64,000 nucleotides of DNA from Perna viridis (lineage: Eukaryota). The stretch is from NCBI GenBank assembly GCA_037379345.1, contig CM074515.1:4216001-4280000 (forward strand), read 5' to 3'. Of the stretch, positions 1 through 13,300 are shown one piece after another. The stretch's first letter is position 1. Each line of letters starts with the position of its first letter. The translations under genes were made by a program, and so were the position numbers. The notes under the pieces are model-generated. The model worked only from the letters and a program-made list of their open reading frames with translations, was not told the origin of the DNA and made no database searches.

Positions 1-879
1 CAGCCTGGACTTATTGTACACTTCCACTTATGTAAGGAATTTTTCTAGAAAAAAAGTTTTTCAAGTGATTTTTTTAGAATTGATTACATTATATTTATTG
101 TTTGATTCAAAAATGGGGTAAACTGCTAACACACGTCTTAGGAGAACAAAAGCCTTCAAAGCAAATCAAACTGGCGATCGAACTCACAAGTCACAAGATC
201 ATTGATCAGTGATGCTATTCATTTATGAACGAAGATGACGATGTTACATTAGGTCATCTCTAAGTGCTATTCTTCAAAACCATTATAATATATTAACAAA
301 CTCTGGAAGATCTTTAATCGGATCATGCATTCCAGAGTTATTTGTCCTTAAATATGCAAATTTATACCCTTTTATGGTATGTCATAACACATTAGCATGT
401 GGCACACAAATTATAATCATTTAAAGTGTTATTTAATTGGCTAATTGTAACCAGATTTAAAGGTAGCAATTTTTTATTGTAATTTAGAATACCAGATTAT
501 ATTGTTTAATTATTGGTCTTCATTATGACTGGTTGTCCAGAGTAATTTCACACCTGGGTGCCCATGCTTGACATGTTCATGATCTTTGTGTTTCAGTATC
601 AGAGCAATTGACATGGAATTAAATAAAACTGATAAAACTCATTTACAAAATATGCTTTAATAAAAATACTAATTAAGTTAAGGATATCATTTAAAGTTAT
701 TTCGCTTGAATAATATGAATTGAAAAACTTCCGCTGAAACCTACGGTTTACATTGAAGACCTAAGATGCAAGTCTATCTCTCAACTTATCTGGCAAATTC
801 TATGTTTGTTTCATTGATTCTCGTCAAAATGCTGGATTCGACTTATACTCCACATCGACTTATAGATAAAAAAATACAG
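1..879 (-). mobile_element. Tc1/mariner-pogo-type MITE, reverse copy of the 27629-28565 element, cut by the window edge
   Basis: Ends in gacttatagataaaaaaatacag|ta. Internal blocks such as tatgcaaatttataccc are the reverse complement of those in 27629-28565. Confidence 0.65.
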
Positions 880-1352
880 TAATATTTCTTCATGCACATC
901 AACAATAATGCTTTACCTTCCTATAAATTTAATCAAAATCCTTTGTGCAGTCAAGGAAAAGTTGCGCTTACAAGAAATGTGGACAGATGGGATGATTTCC
1001 TTCAACTATGAGCATTGTATATAAATTACATCTTTGCATATAGCCATATACTAGTGTCAGACCTAATACAGGAAGTAATGCATGAGGATTTGAGTACATT
1101 AAGTTGAGCAGCAGGCCCAAAAAAATGACCAGCGCAATATCTTTTACACAACATGTCAAAAAGAAATTTCTGATAACATAAACATCTCCATTTAGTGGAG
1201 TAGGCACAAATATAGATGGAGAAATCTGGATAACAAAAAAAAACAAAAACAGAGATTTATACAGTGTAAAGCATCTAAAAATCAAAAGGCAGTCTCAATG
1301 ATATCTGACAAATCGAAGCAGATGAGAAAAAAGTCTACCTTACTTGACCTAC

Positions 1353-4300
1353 CTTTATGTTCATAGAATCCTTTTCTTCTTTCAATAAATCAATCTGTCT
1401 CTAAAAGCAAGATTGAAACTTTTAAATAACTGACTTAACAGTATGAAAATGTCATACATCCCCAAGGCCAAGACCAAAAAATCTAGGTTTATTATTTACT
1501 ACTCATTAGTGAATATGACTGATAATCTTTTGTTTTGAACTGTAATATTATTTTGTAGGCCTCACTTATAGAGTGGACAATAAAAGAATAACTAAATAAA
1601 AAAGCAAGTTTTGGCAGGATTATGTCAAACTGAAGGCTAAACTGTCATCTATTAATACACGTTCTAGTGCTAATACAATTTATGTCCCTGAACTTTATAA
1701 TTTTCTTACCTCCAAATCAAAAACAGTTTTTTGAGAGTTTTTCAGTTCTTCTTCAAGTTCATTAAAATTCTTGGTAAGAGTATCTAATTCTTCATTTGCA
1801 TTTGTAAGCTGTAAGTAGAAATCACTGTTAACATTTAATAATTAGCACATAACTAGTAACAGTTTATTTCTTTTGATTTCATATTTTATCATGATGATAC
1901 ATGTATCTACTGTAATTATTTTTAGGTTTATTTTTGGTTTCTTCTTCCATTATTTTTTTTTCTTCTTTGGCTGACTAGTTTCCATGCACAATTCTTTAAT
2001 TCCTTACATAATTTCCATCAATTTGTCAAAGTAACAAGCAATATAGCAGATCTATTACCTCAATCTGATGTTCTGATTTCATTTTTTCACTGGTATCTTC
2101 CAGTTCAGAAATTTGACCCTTCAATGCAGTAGTTTCATTAGATATGGATAGTAAACTGTCCTCAAGTGCCCTCGTCTTGTCTAGTTCAGCCTCTAAGCTG
2201 AAGCATTTTTCAGAAAGACCTGTTTTCAAATCCTCAATCTTACTTAAGTAGTTGTTGATCACATCCTGAAATATTGTTATGATACATATACAATAGTTGA
2301 TACTAGTGTTTGACTATATCTCCTTCTGATTTTCCAGTAAAAGATTTAAAACCAGTCTCTCATTATGTAGTTGCACATGCCGATACCAGAGGGCTCCCTA
2401 GGTCACTAACAACATATGCCACATCCACATAAAGCAACATGCCAAATTTACAAATCTGCTTATTGAGAATTGAGATAATTATTAGGAAATTAAGGAGGAC
2501 AGATGAAACGACAAGGTAATTCCAATGTACAATCAAATCATTGAGTAGGGGTAGAAAAAATAATCAACAATAATGTATAATTTCATTTGTACTTATATAA
2601 TTATCCATCAAAAAGATATATATCACTTTTATAAAGAGACTATACTTTGTTTAACCTACAGTATTTTCAGTGAGTTGTTTCAGTTGAGTAGTATTGATTG
2701 TTTAACCTACAGTATTTTCAGTGAGTTGTTTCAGTTGAGTATTGATTGTTGAACCTACTGTATTTTCAGTGAGTTGTTTCAGTTGAGTATTGATTGTTCA
2801 ACCTACAGTATTTTCAGTGAGATGTTTCAGTTAATATTGATAGTTGAACCTACAGTATTTTCAGTGAGTTGTTTCTGTTGAGTATTGACTGTCTGTTCCA
2901 TTTTTTCCAATTCTCTCTTCAGGTTAGTGATTGTCTGATAATTAGCTTCATTTTGTCGCTCCTCAGTACGCAGCTGTTCTGATAAATTTGATCTTTCAAG
3001 CTGTGACTCTTGAATTAATGCCTGAAATACATAACAAAACCAACATTTTCCATTAATTATCGATAATATAACTTAATTAATTTGATAACGTGGAAAACTT
3101 GTGACAATGGAAACAGTGAAACTACACAGCCAAAATTGCCACACATGAAAATCTTATGAAGTGCAACATATGATTATCATAAGAATTGAGCAAATTATGA
3201 TTAACATATGTTTCAGTTTGCTTATGGTTATCACATGTTAATCAAGTTTTCAACAAACACACTGTATGATAATCATATGGTTATTATCATATAAATAGAG
3301 AAACATATGATTACCATATGTGGCTATGCAGGTCTTATGATTTCTTAATGTTCATCAATTTAACACATCTTTCTTTATACAGAAAGACCAGATGCAGATT
3401 ATTGTGTCCATAAACAAGAGGCTCCCAGGAGCCTGAATTGCTCACCTGGTTGAATTTTGTCTTTCAAGGGCAGTAAATTTAAGAAGAATTTCTATCATAG
3501 TTTTCAAGATATTAGCTGAAAGGGCAATAACTCTTACAAGAAATCATCTGACAACTTTTATCCCTGAAGACTTTTGTAGTCCTAATAATATGGATCATTT
3601 CAGATATTGAAAGAATTTGGCTAAACTTAACGATTTTGGAGATATACTCAAAAAGCTACTGTCTGACCCCTATGTTCTATTTTTAGTAATGGTGGCCATG
3701 TTTTTCGACAGATCAAAAATCACCACATCAGTTCCATGCAGGATACCTTAAGGAACATTCATACCAAGTTTGGTTCAAATTGGTCATGTAGTGTCAGAGG
3801 AGAAAATTTTTGAAAGAAATAACATAAAAAATAACAAAATGTTGAAAAAAGGCAATAACTCCAACATGGCTTAACAGATTGAAATGAAAATTTGACCACA
3901 AATAGATCTCATTATGCTGAAAACTTTTATCCATGTCAGAATTTAGCTTAACCTAACGGTTTTGGATCTATACTCAAAAAGCTACTGTCTGACCCCTATG
4001 TTCTATTTTCTATAGATAGATCTCATTATGCTGAACACAACCCGTCAGAATTTAGCTAAACCTAACGGTTTATGAGATATATGCGAAAAACTACTGTCTG
4101 ACCCATATGTTCTATTTTTAACGATGGCAATGTTTTTCAACAGATCAAAAATCACCACATCAATCTATGCAGGATACCCCAAAACACATTCACACCAAGT
4201 TTGGTTTAAATTGGTCAAATAGTGTCAGAGGAGAAGAGTTTTGAAAAATTGTTAACAACGACGATGGACACCAAGTGATGCCTTCAGCCAGGTGAGCTAA

Positions 4301-7300
4301 AAAACAATTATTAGATTTACTAAGATCAGTGTTTATTGGCCACAATTGGCTTATATCTACACATGCAACATAAAAGTGATCATTGAGTACCCAAATAATT
4401 AACTCCCTACTTACAAATAAAAAAGAAATTAATAAAATTGTTTTACCTTATTGTCTTTCATCAAATCAGCAGACTTTAGTTTTTCATTTCTGAGGTTCTC
4501 CTCCATTTCAGCTATCACACTATCTTTAAACCCAGACTCAGTTTGTAACCTATCTACTTCATCCTTTAAACAAATATAAACTGTTATCACAGAGATGCAC
4601 ATTTATCATATAAATCATATGATTATCATATATGGCATTTGTGGCTATGTTGGTTTTTTCATACTCTCTCTAATAAATAATCAAATCAAATAAATTGGTT
4701 TTTAATTTCAACAATTAGATGTGACACAAATAAGTTATATATATCAAGCAACTTGAAAAAAAAATGATGAAATAAATGTGATTTTTTGTGTATGTCAAAA
4801 TTGGTAAATAAATAGCTATGTTCTTAAAATGGCAAGGGCAGACAACAATTGCCAAGAAATCACAAAGCATATAATTTTGAAAACTGACTATATAAACTAT
4901 CAATATTAAATCTGCTTTATAGCACAAGAGAAAATTTCAAACTAAAAAGATCAAACTACATGTAACATAGACTACAAATGATGACAAAAGCCTACACTAA
5001 CCATTAATGACCAAAGCCTACCCTAACCATTGATGACCAAAGTGTACACTAACCATTAAAGACAAAAGCCTACACTATTAATCATTGATGAACAAGGCCT
5101 ACACTAAAGATTGATGACAAAAGCATACCCTAACCATTAATGACAAAAGCCAACACTAACCATTAATGACGAAAGCCTACACTAACCATTAATGCCAAAA
5201 GCCTACACTAACCACTGATGACAAAAGCTTACCCTAACCATTAATGACAAAAGCCAACACTAACCATTAATGACGAAAGCCTACACTAACCATTAATGCC
5301 AAAAGCCTACACTAACCATTGATGACAAAAGCTTACCCTAACCATTGATGACCAAAGCCTAGGCTAACCATTGATGACAAAAGCCTACACTAACCATTAA
5401 TGACAAAAAGCCAACACTAACCATTAATGATCAAAGTGTACACTAACTATTGATGACCAAGGCCTACACTAACCACTGATGACAAAAGCTTACCCTAACT
5501 ATTGATGCCAAAAGCCTACACTAAACATTAATGACAAAAAGCCAACACTAACCATTAATGACAAAAGCCTACACTAACAATTGATGACAAAAGCTTACCC
5601 TAACCATTGATGACAAAAGCCTACACTAACCATTAATGACAAAAGCCTACACTAACCATTGATGACAAAACCCTACACTAACCATTGATGACAAAAGCTT
5701 ACCCTAACCATTGATGACAAAAGCCTACACTAACCATTGATGACAAAAGCCTACTCTAACCATTGATGACAAAAGCTTACCCTAACCATTGATGACAAAA
5801 GCCTACACTAACCATTAATGACAAAAGCCTACACTAACCATTGATGATAAAAGCCTACACTAAAGATTGATGACAAAAGCTTACCCTAACCATTAATGAC
5901 AAAAGCCAACACTAACCATTAATGACGAAAGCCTACACTAACCATTAATGCCAAAAGCCTACACTAACCACTGATGACAAAAGCTTACCCTAACCATTGA
6001 TGACAAAAGCCTACACTAAGCATTAATGCCAAAAGCTTATCCTAACCATTGATGATAAAAGCCTACACTAACAATTGATGACAAAAGCTTACCCTAACCA
6101 TTGATGACAAAAGCCTACACTAACCATTAATGACAAAAGCCTACACTAACCATTGATGACAAAACCCTACACTAACCATTGATGACAAAAGCTTACCCTA
6201 ACCATTGATGACAAAAGCCTACACTAACCATTGATGACAAAAGCCTACTCTAACCATTGATGACAAAAGCTTACCCTAACCATTGATGACAAAAGCCTAC
6301 ACTAACCACTGATGACAAAAGCTTACCCTAACCATTAATGACAAAAGCCAACACTAACCATTAATGACGAAAGCCTACACTAACCATTAATGCCAAAAGC
6401 CTACACTAACCATTGATGACAAAAGCTTACCCTAACCATTGATGACCAAAGCCTAGGCTAACCATTGATGACAAAAGCCTACACTAACCATTAATGACAA
6501 AAAGCCAACACTAACCATTAATGATCAAAGTGTACACTAACTATTGATGACCAAGGCCTACACTAACCACTGATGACAAAAGCTTACCCTAACCATTGAT
6601 GCCAAAAGCCTACACTAAACATTAATGACAAAAAGCCAACACTAACCATTAATGACAAAAGCCTACACTAACAATTGATGACAAAAGGTTACCCTAACCA
6701 TTGATGACAAAAGCCTACACTAACCATTAATGACAAAAGCCTACACTAACCATTGATGACAAAACCCTACACTAACCATTGATGACAAAAGCTTACCCTA
6801 ACCATTGATGACAAAAGCCTACACTAACCATTGATGACAAAAGCCTACTCTAACCATTGATGACAAAAGCTTACCCTAACCATTGATGACAAAAGCCTAC
6901 ACTAACCATTAATGACAAAAGCCTACACTAACCATTGATGATAAAAGCCTACACTAAAGATTGATGACAAAAGCTTACCCTAACCATTAATGACAAAAGC
7001 CAACACTAACCATTAATGACGAAAGCCTACACTAACCATTAATGCCAAAAGCCTACACTAACCACTGATGACAAAAGCTTACCCTAACCATTGATGACAA
7101 AAGCCTACACTAAGCATTAATGCCAAAAGCTTATCCTAACCATTGATGATAAAAGCCTACACTAACAATTGATGACAAAAGCTTACCCTAACCATTGATG
7201 ACAAAAGCCTACACTAACCATTAATGACAAAAGCCTACACTAACCATTGATGACAAAACCCTACACTAACCATTGATGACAAAAGCTTACCCTAACCATT

Positions 7301-10300
7301 GATGACAAAAGCCTACACTAACCATTGATGACAAAAGCCTACTCTAACCATTGATGACAAAAGCTTACCCTAACCATTGATGACAAAAGCCTACACTAAG
7401 CATTAATGACAAAAGCCCACACTAACCATTGATGACAAAAGCCTACACTAACCATTGATTCCAAAGATCAAACGACAGGTTTCATAGACTACAAATGATG
7501 ACAAAAGCTTATTGATTCCAAAGAATGATTATGAAAGGCAAAAGCTAACTGCTTACAGATGTATACATGTCTAGAACTAGATCTTACCTGTAATTCGTCA
7601 CCTGTAAGCTAACTGTTTACAGACTGATGGTATACACGTCTAGATCTTACCTGTAATTGGTCACGGTCTTCAGAAACAGTTTCTAGCTCCTTATTAACAT
7701 TTTCTAACTTGGTTTTCTTTTGGACATACTGAAATAGAGTAAAACATTCAAACATAAAAATATAGTTAAAATAGAGTTCTGGGTTTTTTATTTTTCACTC
7801 ACTTAAGTGATATAGTTCGGTAATAACTATAGATACAATATAGATAACAATGAACAGCAAAGAACTTCCAAGACCTTGAAATCCCATGATCCAATTTGGT
7901 AATAACAATATATACAACATAGATAACTGTGTGACATATTTCTTAAGTAAATACAAAGTTTAATGACATAACAATGTCCATCTAAATGAATTAGTATGTT
8001 ACATACAAAATATGTTCAAGAACAAAACTAAGGGAAAATACATCATGTACCTTTGTTTCTAACATGTTATAATTTTTATCATGCTCCTCTTTAGTGACTT
8101 TCAGTTCATTTTTAACATCTCTCAGTTGTTTATCAGAAGATATTGACGTGATCCTCAAGTCTTTAGTTTCCTCCTGGTGTTCTACAAAATATAAAAATAT
8201 TGGGTGTCTTTAACACTAAAGGCTAACATGTATAGTTAATGGTACTATAACTTGCAAACCTATGATACAATATTGTAAATTCTGAACGCTCTAACAACAT
8301 CAAACCAAAAGACAAAGATTGTTTCCCAATGTAAAAATTACCATCACCACAACTAAAAGTTCTCTGAAACCTTAAGTTGTGGATTCCAATGTTTTCAATG
8401 TTTTATGCACAGCTTAACTATACTGTGAATAAGAAAATAATCAGCAGCAATTTTTTTTAATTTTCTTTTTTTGTGTGGGGGGGGGGCAATTTCCCAAATA
8501 TTTCATTAGAAAAGATACCATAATGATTAATGATCTTTTAAATTGATTGGCAGAAAAATTAGTACAACAATGGTGTGTTCTAGCTCATCTATCTTGTTAA
8601 AATCATTTTTAGTAATGTTGACCTTTGATCATCAATCTTTGACCTAAATTCTATAAATGTTTACCTAACATTTACTCTTGACCAGGGCAACTAGCGGTAT
8701 ACTCATATTTCTCGAATTTTTTCCTCCAATTCTCAGTGGCTAATCAAATATAAGATATTGTAGAGGTATATCCTTGAACAACATTAAAACCTGACAACTA
8801 CCATGGTCGTACAATTCCTTTCTGAAGACATCATTATGGTTCAGTATAATAAAACATTTGTTGACTGTTCATTTAGGGAACAATCAATTAATTATCCCTG
8901 GATACCAAATATTATCTTTAGCCTCAGGCAATAATTTCAGGGAAACCAATTTACAGTTGCCCTAATTACCATTAATCAAACATATAATAATGTACATACT
9001 ATTAACAGATTCTTGTGCTTCAATCAGTTGTTGTTGACTTTCTGTCAATTCTTTTCTACAGATTTCCAGTTTAGAGGACAGCTCAGATTTCTCTCTATCT
9101 AAAATCTGATCACAGCTTTATCATATCATAATTCATATCTAGTAGATATTTAATACAAGTTTGTTTTATCCCTTTGTCAAATATTTACTACATTAACCAA
9201 ACAGTGGACAACAAGATTCCATTCTAAAAATTCTGTGTTAGCTATTACTTAAGAAACTAACTTCATTATAAACATAAAATATGTTTGTTACACATTAAAA
9301 GTTTTAGGGATTAACATAAGGTTTCATCAAAATTTTTGAAAATTTCATAATGTGATTTACAAAATAACAGTCCCATTACATTGTTAATGTATAAACTGAA
9401 CTTTCCAAACAAGCATTATATTACCTCATTCAACTAGGCATTCTGGTGATCTACTTTGGAAAACCACCATAATATTACCTCATTCAACTGAGCATTCTGG
9501 TGATCTACTTTGGAGATATGTTGTCTCAGCTTAATGGCTTCTGCTTCATACTCTGCTATTCTCTCATTCATGCTAAGATTCTTACCCTAAATACAAAATA
9601 CAAAACGTAATTTCTACAAATGTTGGTATAACAAAGGGGGAACTGTTACTGTTACTTTCCTCCTATTCCAGGAGAACTCCATTATGGGAATACATCAGAG
9701 TGTAAACTTTAAAAGTTTGAAATATGAAATATACAGTTACCTCCAACACCTCAAATATTTAACTTCCAGTGATTAGAAGAAATGCCAGGAGTTTTGTAGA
9801 ATCACCTCAATTTTATTTTTTCGAACTACACACAGGGAAAAACTACAAAATTATATTACATCATTTTTTCATCCTTTTACTATACATGTATTGGTATTGT
9901 ATTAGTTATAACTTTCTACAATGGTTTAATGTTAAATCATGTTAATAGTCAAGTCTCCTTTCTAAGTCCCTATTTTGCTGCTGAAAACATTGCAGTAATG
10001 TTCTGTTTGAATTTTGTTATTTCTATCAATATGATCTCGAAACAAGTACGAACTCTTACCTGCAAGATTTTGATCTCATCTTTGAGGGCTTGTTGAGCTT
10101 GTTCCATCATGAAATCAGGCTGTTTTTCATCAAAGATGTCACTATTTTCAAATGGAATAGATTCATTCAGATCAGGCGTTGATGATGCTGAACAAGGAGC
10201 TGCAATAACTCTGTTTCTCAGGTGGTAGGCTGCCTTCTTTGGGGTTGTTATTTGCTATAGAAATCATAAACATATATCAATCCAATTCTTGATTGAGATT

Positions 10301-13300
10301 TTGAATTATAGTTGTTAAGTAGAGGCTCTTAAGAGCATCAACCACTTGCCTGGATGTAAACATATAATAAAAATTGATACATGTGAATATATCAAAGAGA
10401 CAACAACCCCACCAGAATGAAAAATGTCAGCTCAAGGCCACCCATCGGTCTTTAATGAATGATGAAAAAACCCTAACACCACAGGGTAGGCTGCAACTGG
10501 CCTATGGTGTATATAAAATGTTAGAGATACATAAGAAAATCTATTTAAAAGACTTTTACCAAATGTGTTATCTGAGAGGGTTTCTATGTTAACTTTATTC
10601 AGCTTCAACCCCAGAAGAAGCCATCTTCATGGCATTCATGGTATTTACTTACAGTGATAGTTTGTAAGTGTATATCATTCATGGTTTCTCTCTCAATTTT
10701 GTTAGTAAGTTTTTGAGATTTAAGACTTGTAGTGAGATCCTTTACTGTTGACTTGAGAGATTCTATCTCAGAATTCAGTTCTACTTTTTCTTTCTCAGCA
10801 GCATCTGATTTCTCTGTAAACTGCTGTTTCAACTGAAAACAGATATAAAATGATGGTGCATAAAAATGAAATATTACACTGATACAAGAGGTTGTTTGGG
10901 AAAATGGCTGATGCTATCTCAATCATCATAATTCAAAACTAGGAAAACTGAGAAATGCTCATTAAATTGACACCCCCACTCCTCATTTGATAACATGCAC
11001 CTTTTGACCTCCAAATGATTTGGCTCAAACCTAAAAAAGTGGTGTACAATGTTTACCATGTGAAACATCCAAATCGAATTCGATCAAAATTTAAAACTGA
11101 AGGTGTACAATGGGAATGTGTATTAAAAATTCTGTGAAAATTTCAATTAATTCCATTCTATGGTGGAGGAGGAGTAACAGAAGGAAAGAAGGAAGGAGGA
11201 ACACCTCACTATATATCCAACACTTTGTTAGTGGTGGTTACTTTCATTTTTACTTAATCAGCAGTTTTTGCCTTGAATGGACAGTCATATCTTTGCAGTT
11301 CACACGACTTATGTTTCATTCCCTTGTATAAACTAGATAGCATTGAGATGGGAGCCATCTCTGTGGGCCTCGTTGTCAATAACGTGGTAAATAAGCTGAT
11401 ATGAGACATTAGTTGAAGTTATTACATAGTCTCCTTATGTTCGATTTGATTCTAAGATTTTTAGTGAAAACTGACTAGTGACTACTCTCAATCAACTGCT
11501 TTATTTTTGCTTCTATGGTAACGTTGGGGAAAATATGGTTACCTTGGAAACCTCTTCCTGTAAACCATTGATTTGACTTTTATACTTCTCAATAGTTGCT
11601 GTAGCAACATTTTCTTCCTTTGGAGTCTGAGATGGGGTGAATATTTTCTTCTCTACAAAAAAGGATAATTAATCAAAAAGAGTGAAAATATCACATGATC
11701 AAGATTGCCCGAGATGACAAAATTCATCATGTGAGTGGAAGATAGTTCATGGTTCACTATCAGACAAGGAAAAACAGAGAAGCAGAAATTTATGGATGTA
11801 GTAAAGAACTTTGGCAAAATCTGGCGAAATCATCCATGTAATATTAAAAAAAGTTCTTTCTAACAATATTGAACAATAAAATACGTTTAATCTAATTGAT
11901 CTTTTGTATTATATAATTAAAAATGTTTGTTTACAATGAAGAAATAATGAAGAGGACTAAGGTGTTTGCAAGAAGCTTTAACAAATAATTATTCTATCAT
12001 CATTCAATGATAACAACAAAAATTTATTAGGTTCCTTACCTTGCGTTAATTCTTTATACTTCTTTTCAAGTTCTTGAAACCTGGCTTGAGATGTATTAGC
12101 AGCATCTTTTTGTGATTTCTCATATTTTAATTGTGTTCTAAGAGCCTGAATTTCCATGGAATATTTAGCTACCATTGGATGTTGGTTGACTTGATCTTGT
12201 AAAAGCTTTATTTCTGCTTTTAAGTCATCCTATAGAAAATAAAACAACAGTATCCATCATATGTAACAACAGGGAGTCACTTATTTATAGTAATTCAAAT
12301 TCTTCTAACAGGTCCTAAGCCCTTTAAGTACAATAGAAATCTACTGCAAAATATCTGACATATCTCTGTATGTAATGCTAAAACAGTTGATATGCCTCAC
12401 ATTATTGGGTTCACAAAGTCTGAAATGAAACATGGGAAACATTCAGAATAAATTGGTGCTTTAATGAAATGTAATACTTTTACAGTTTTAATTGCCACAG
12501 ACAATGGCACATGTCAAAAGATGAGTATCTATGCATGAAGTTACACATGTTCAAAACAACATATGTTCTTTCTATAAAAAATCTCACAAGTTTGAAACCA
12601 ATCCATGGACAAAGCGCCTGAGCATTGAGATAATTGTGATGAAATTCAGATGAATAGACTGACGGAAAAGGTGATTCCAATATACCATCCACTGGTTAAG
12701 TGAGTGTATTAAAATAAGCAGCAAGTTATTAACACATATACTCAGATAAACAATCTGTTTATGACATTCTTCATCCAGAATTTTGTAATCAGGACATATC
12801 TCCTGTTTAGCTGTAACAATGATATCAGTAATAAACAAATATCTGATCTCCTTTGTTGTTTACTATAATGATTTAAGATATCAGGTATTCCTATACATCT
12901 CTTATGTTTTATATTACATTACCATGTATTTATCTCTGTCTTCAGCCTGCAAACCATTCTTCTTCAGAGCATTATCTAACTGAGAGATTCTATTTTCTCT
13001 AAATTTCACCACCATTTTAGTTGACTGTAGACAAACATCTTTTTTACTGCATTGGTCAGTCAACTTAACAACTTTTTCTTGTAACATCTAAAAATTTGTG
13101 AAATAAATTATAAAAATTGTATTTTTCTTAGCATTGTTCTATGTTGTCATCGACATTAGGCCAACTTTTTTTATAATCTGTTTTACAGGATTTTTTTTAA
13201 AAATTGGATCAAGGGGAGCAAATAAGAATAAAAATAAAAGTCAAAATCTTGGAGAGTCGATGGAAAAAATAAAAATCAAAGTAATTATTTTTCATTTTTA

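Noticed and set aside
5100-7400. CCCTAA hexamers suggesting an interstitial telomere
   Set aside because: One hexamer per variant 26-bp monomer, never tandem.
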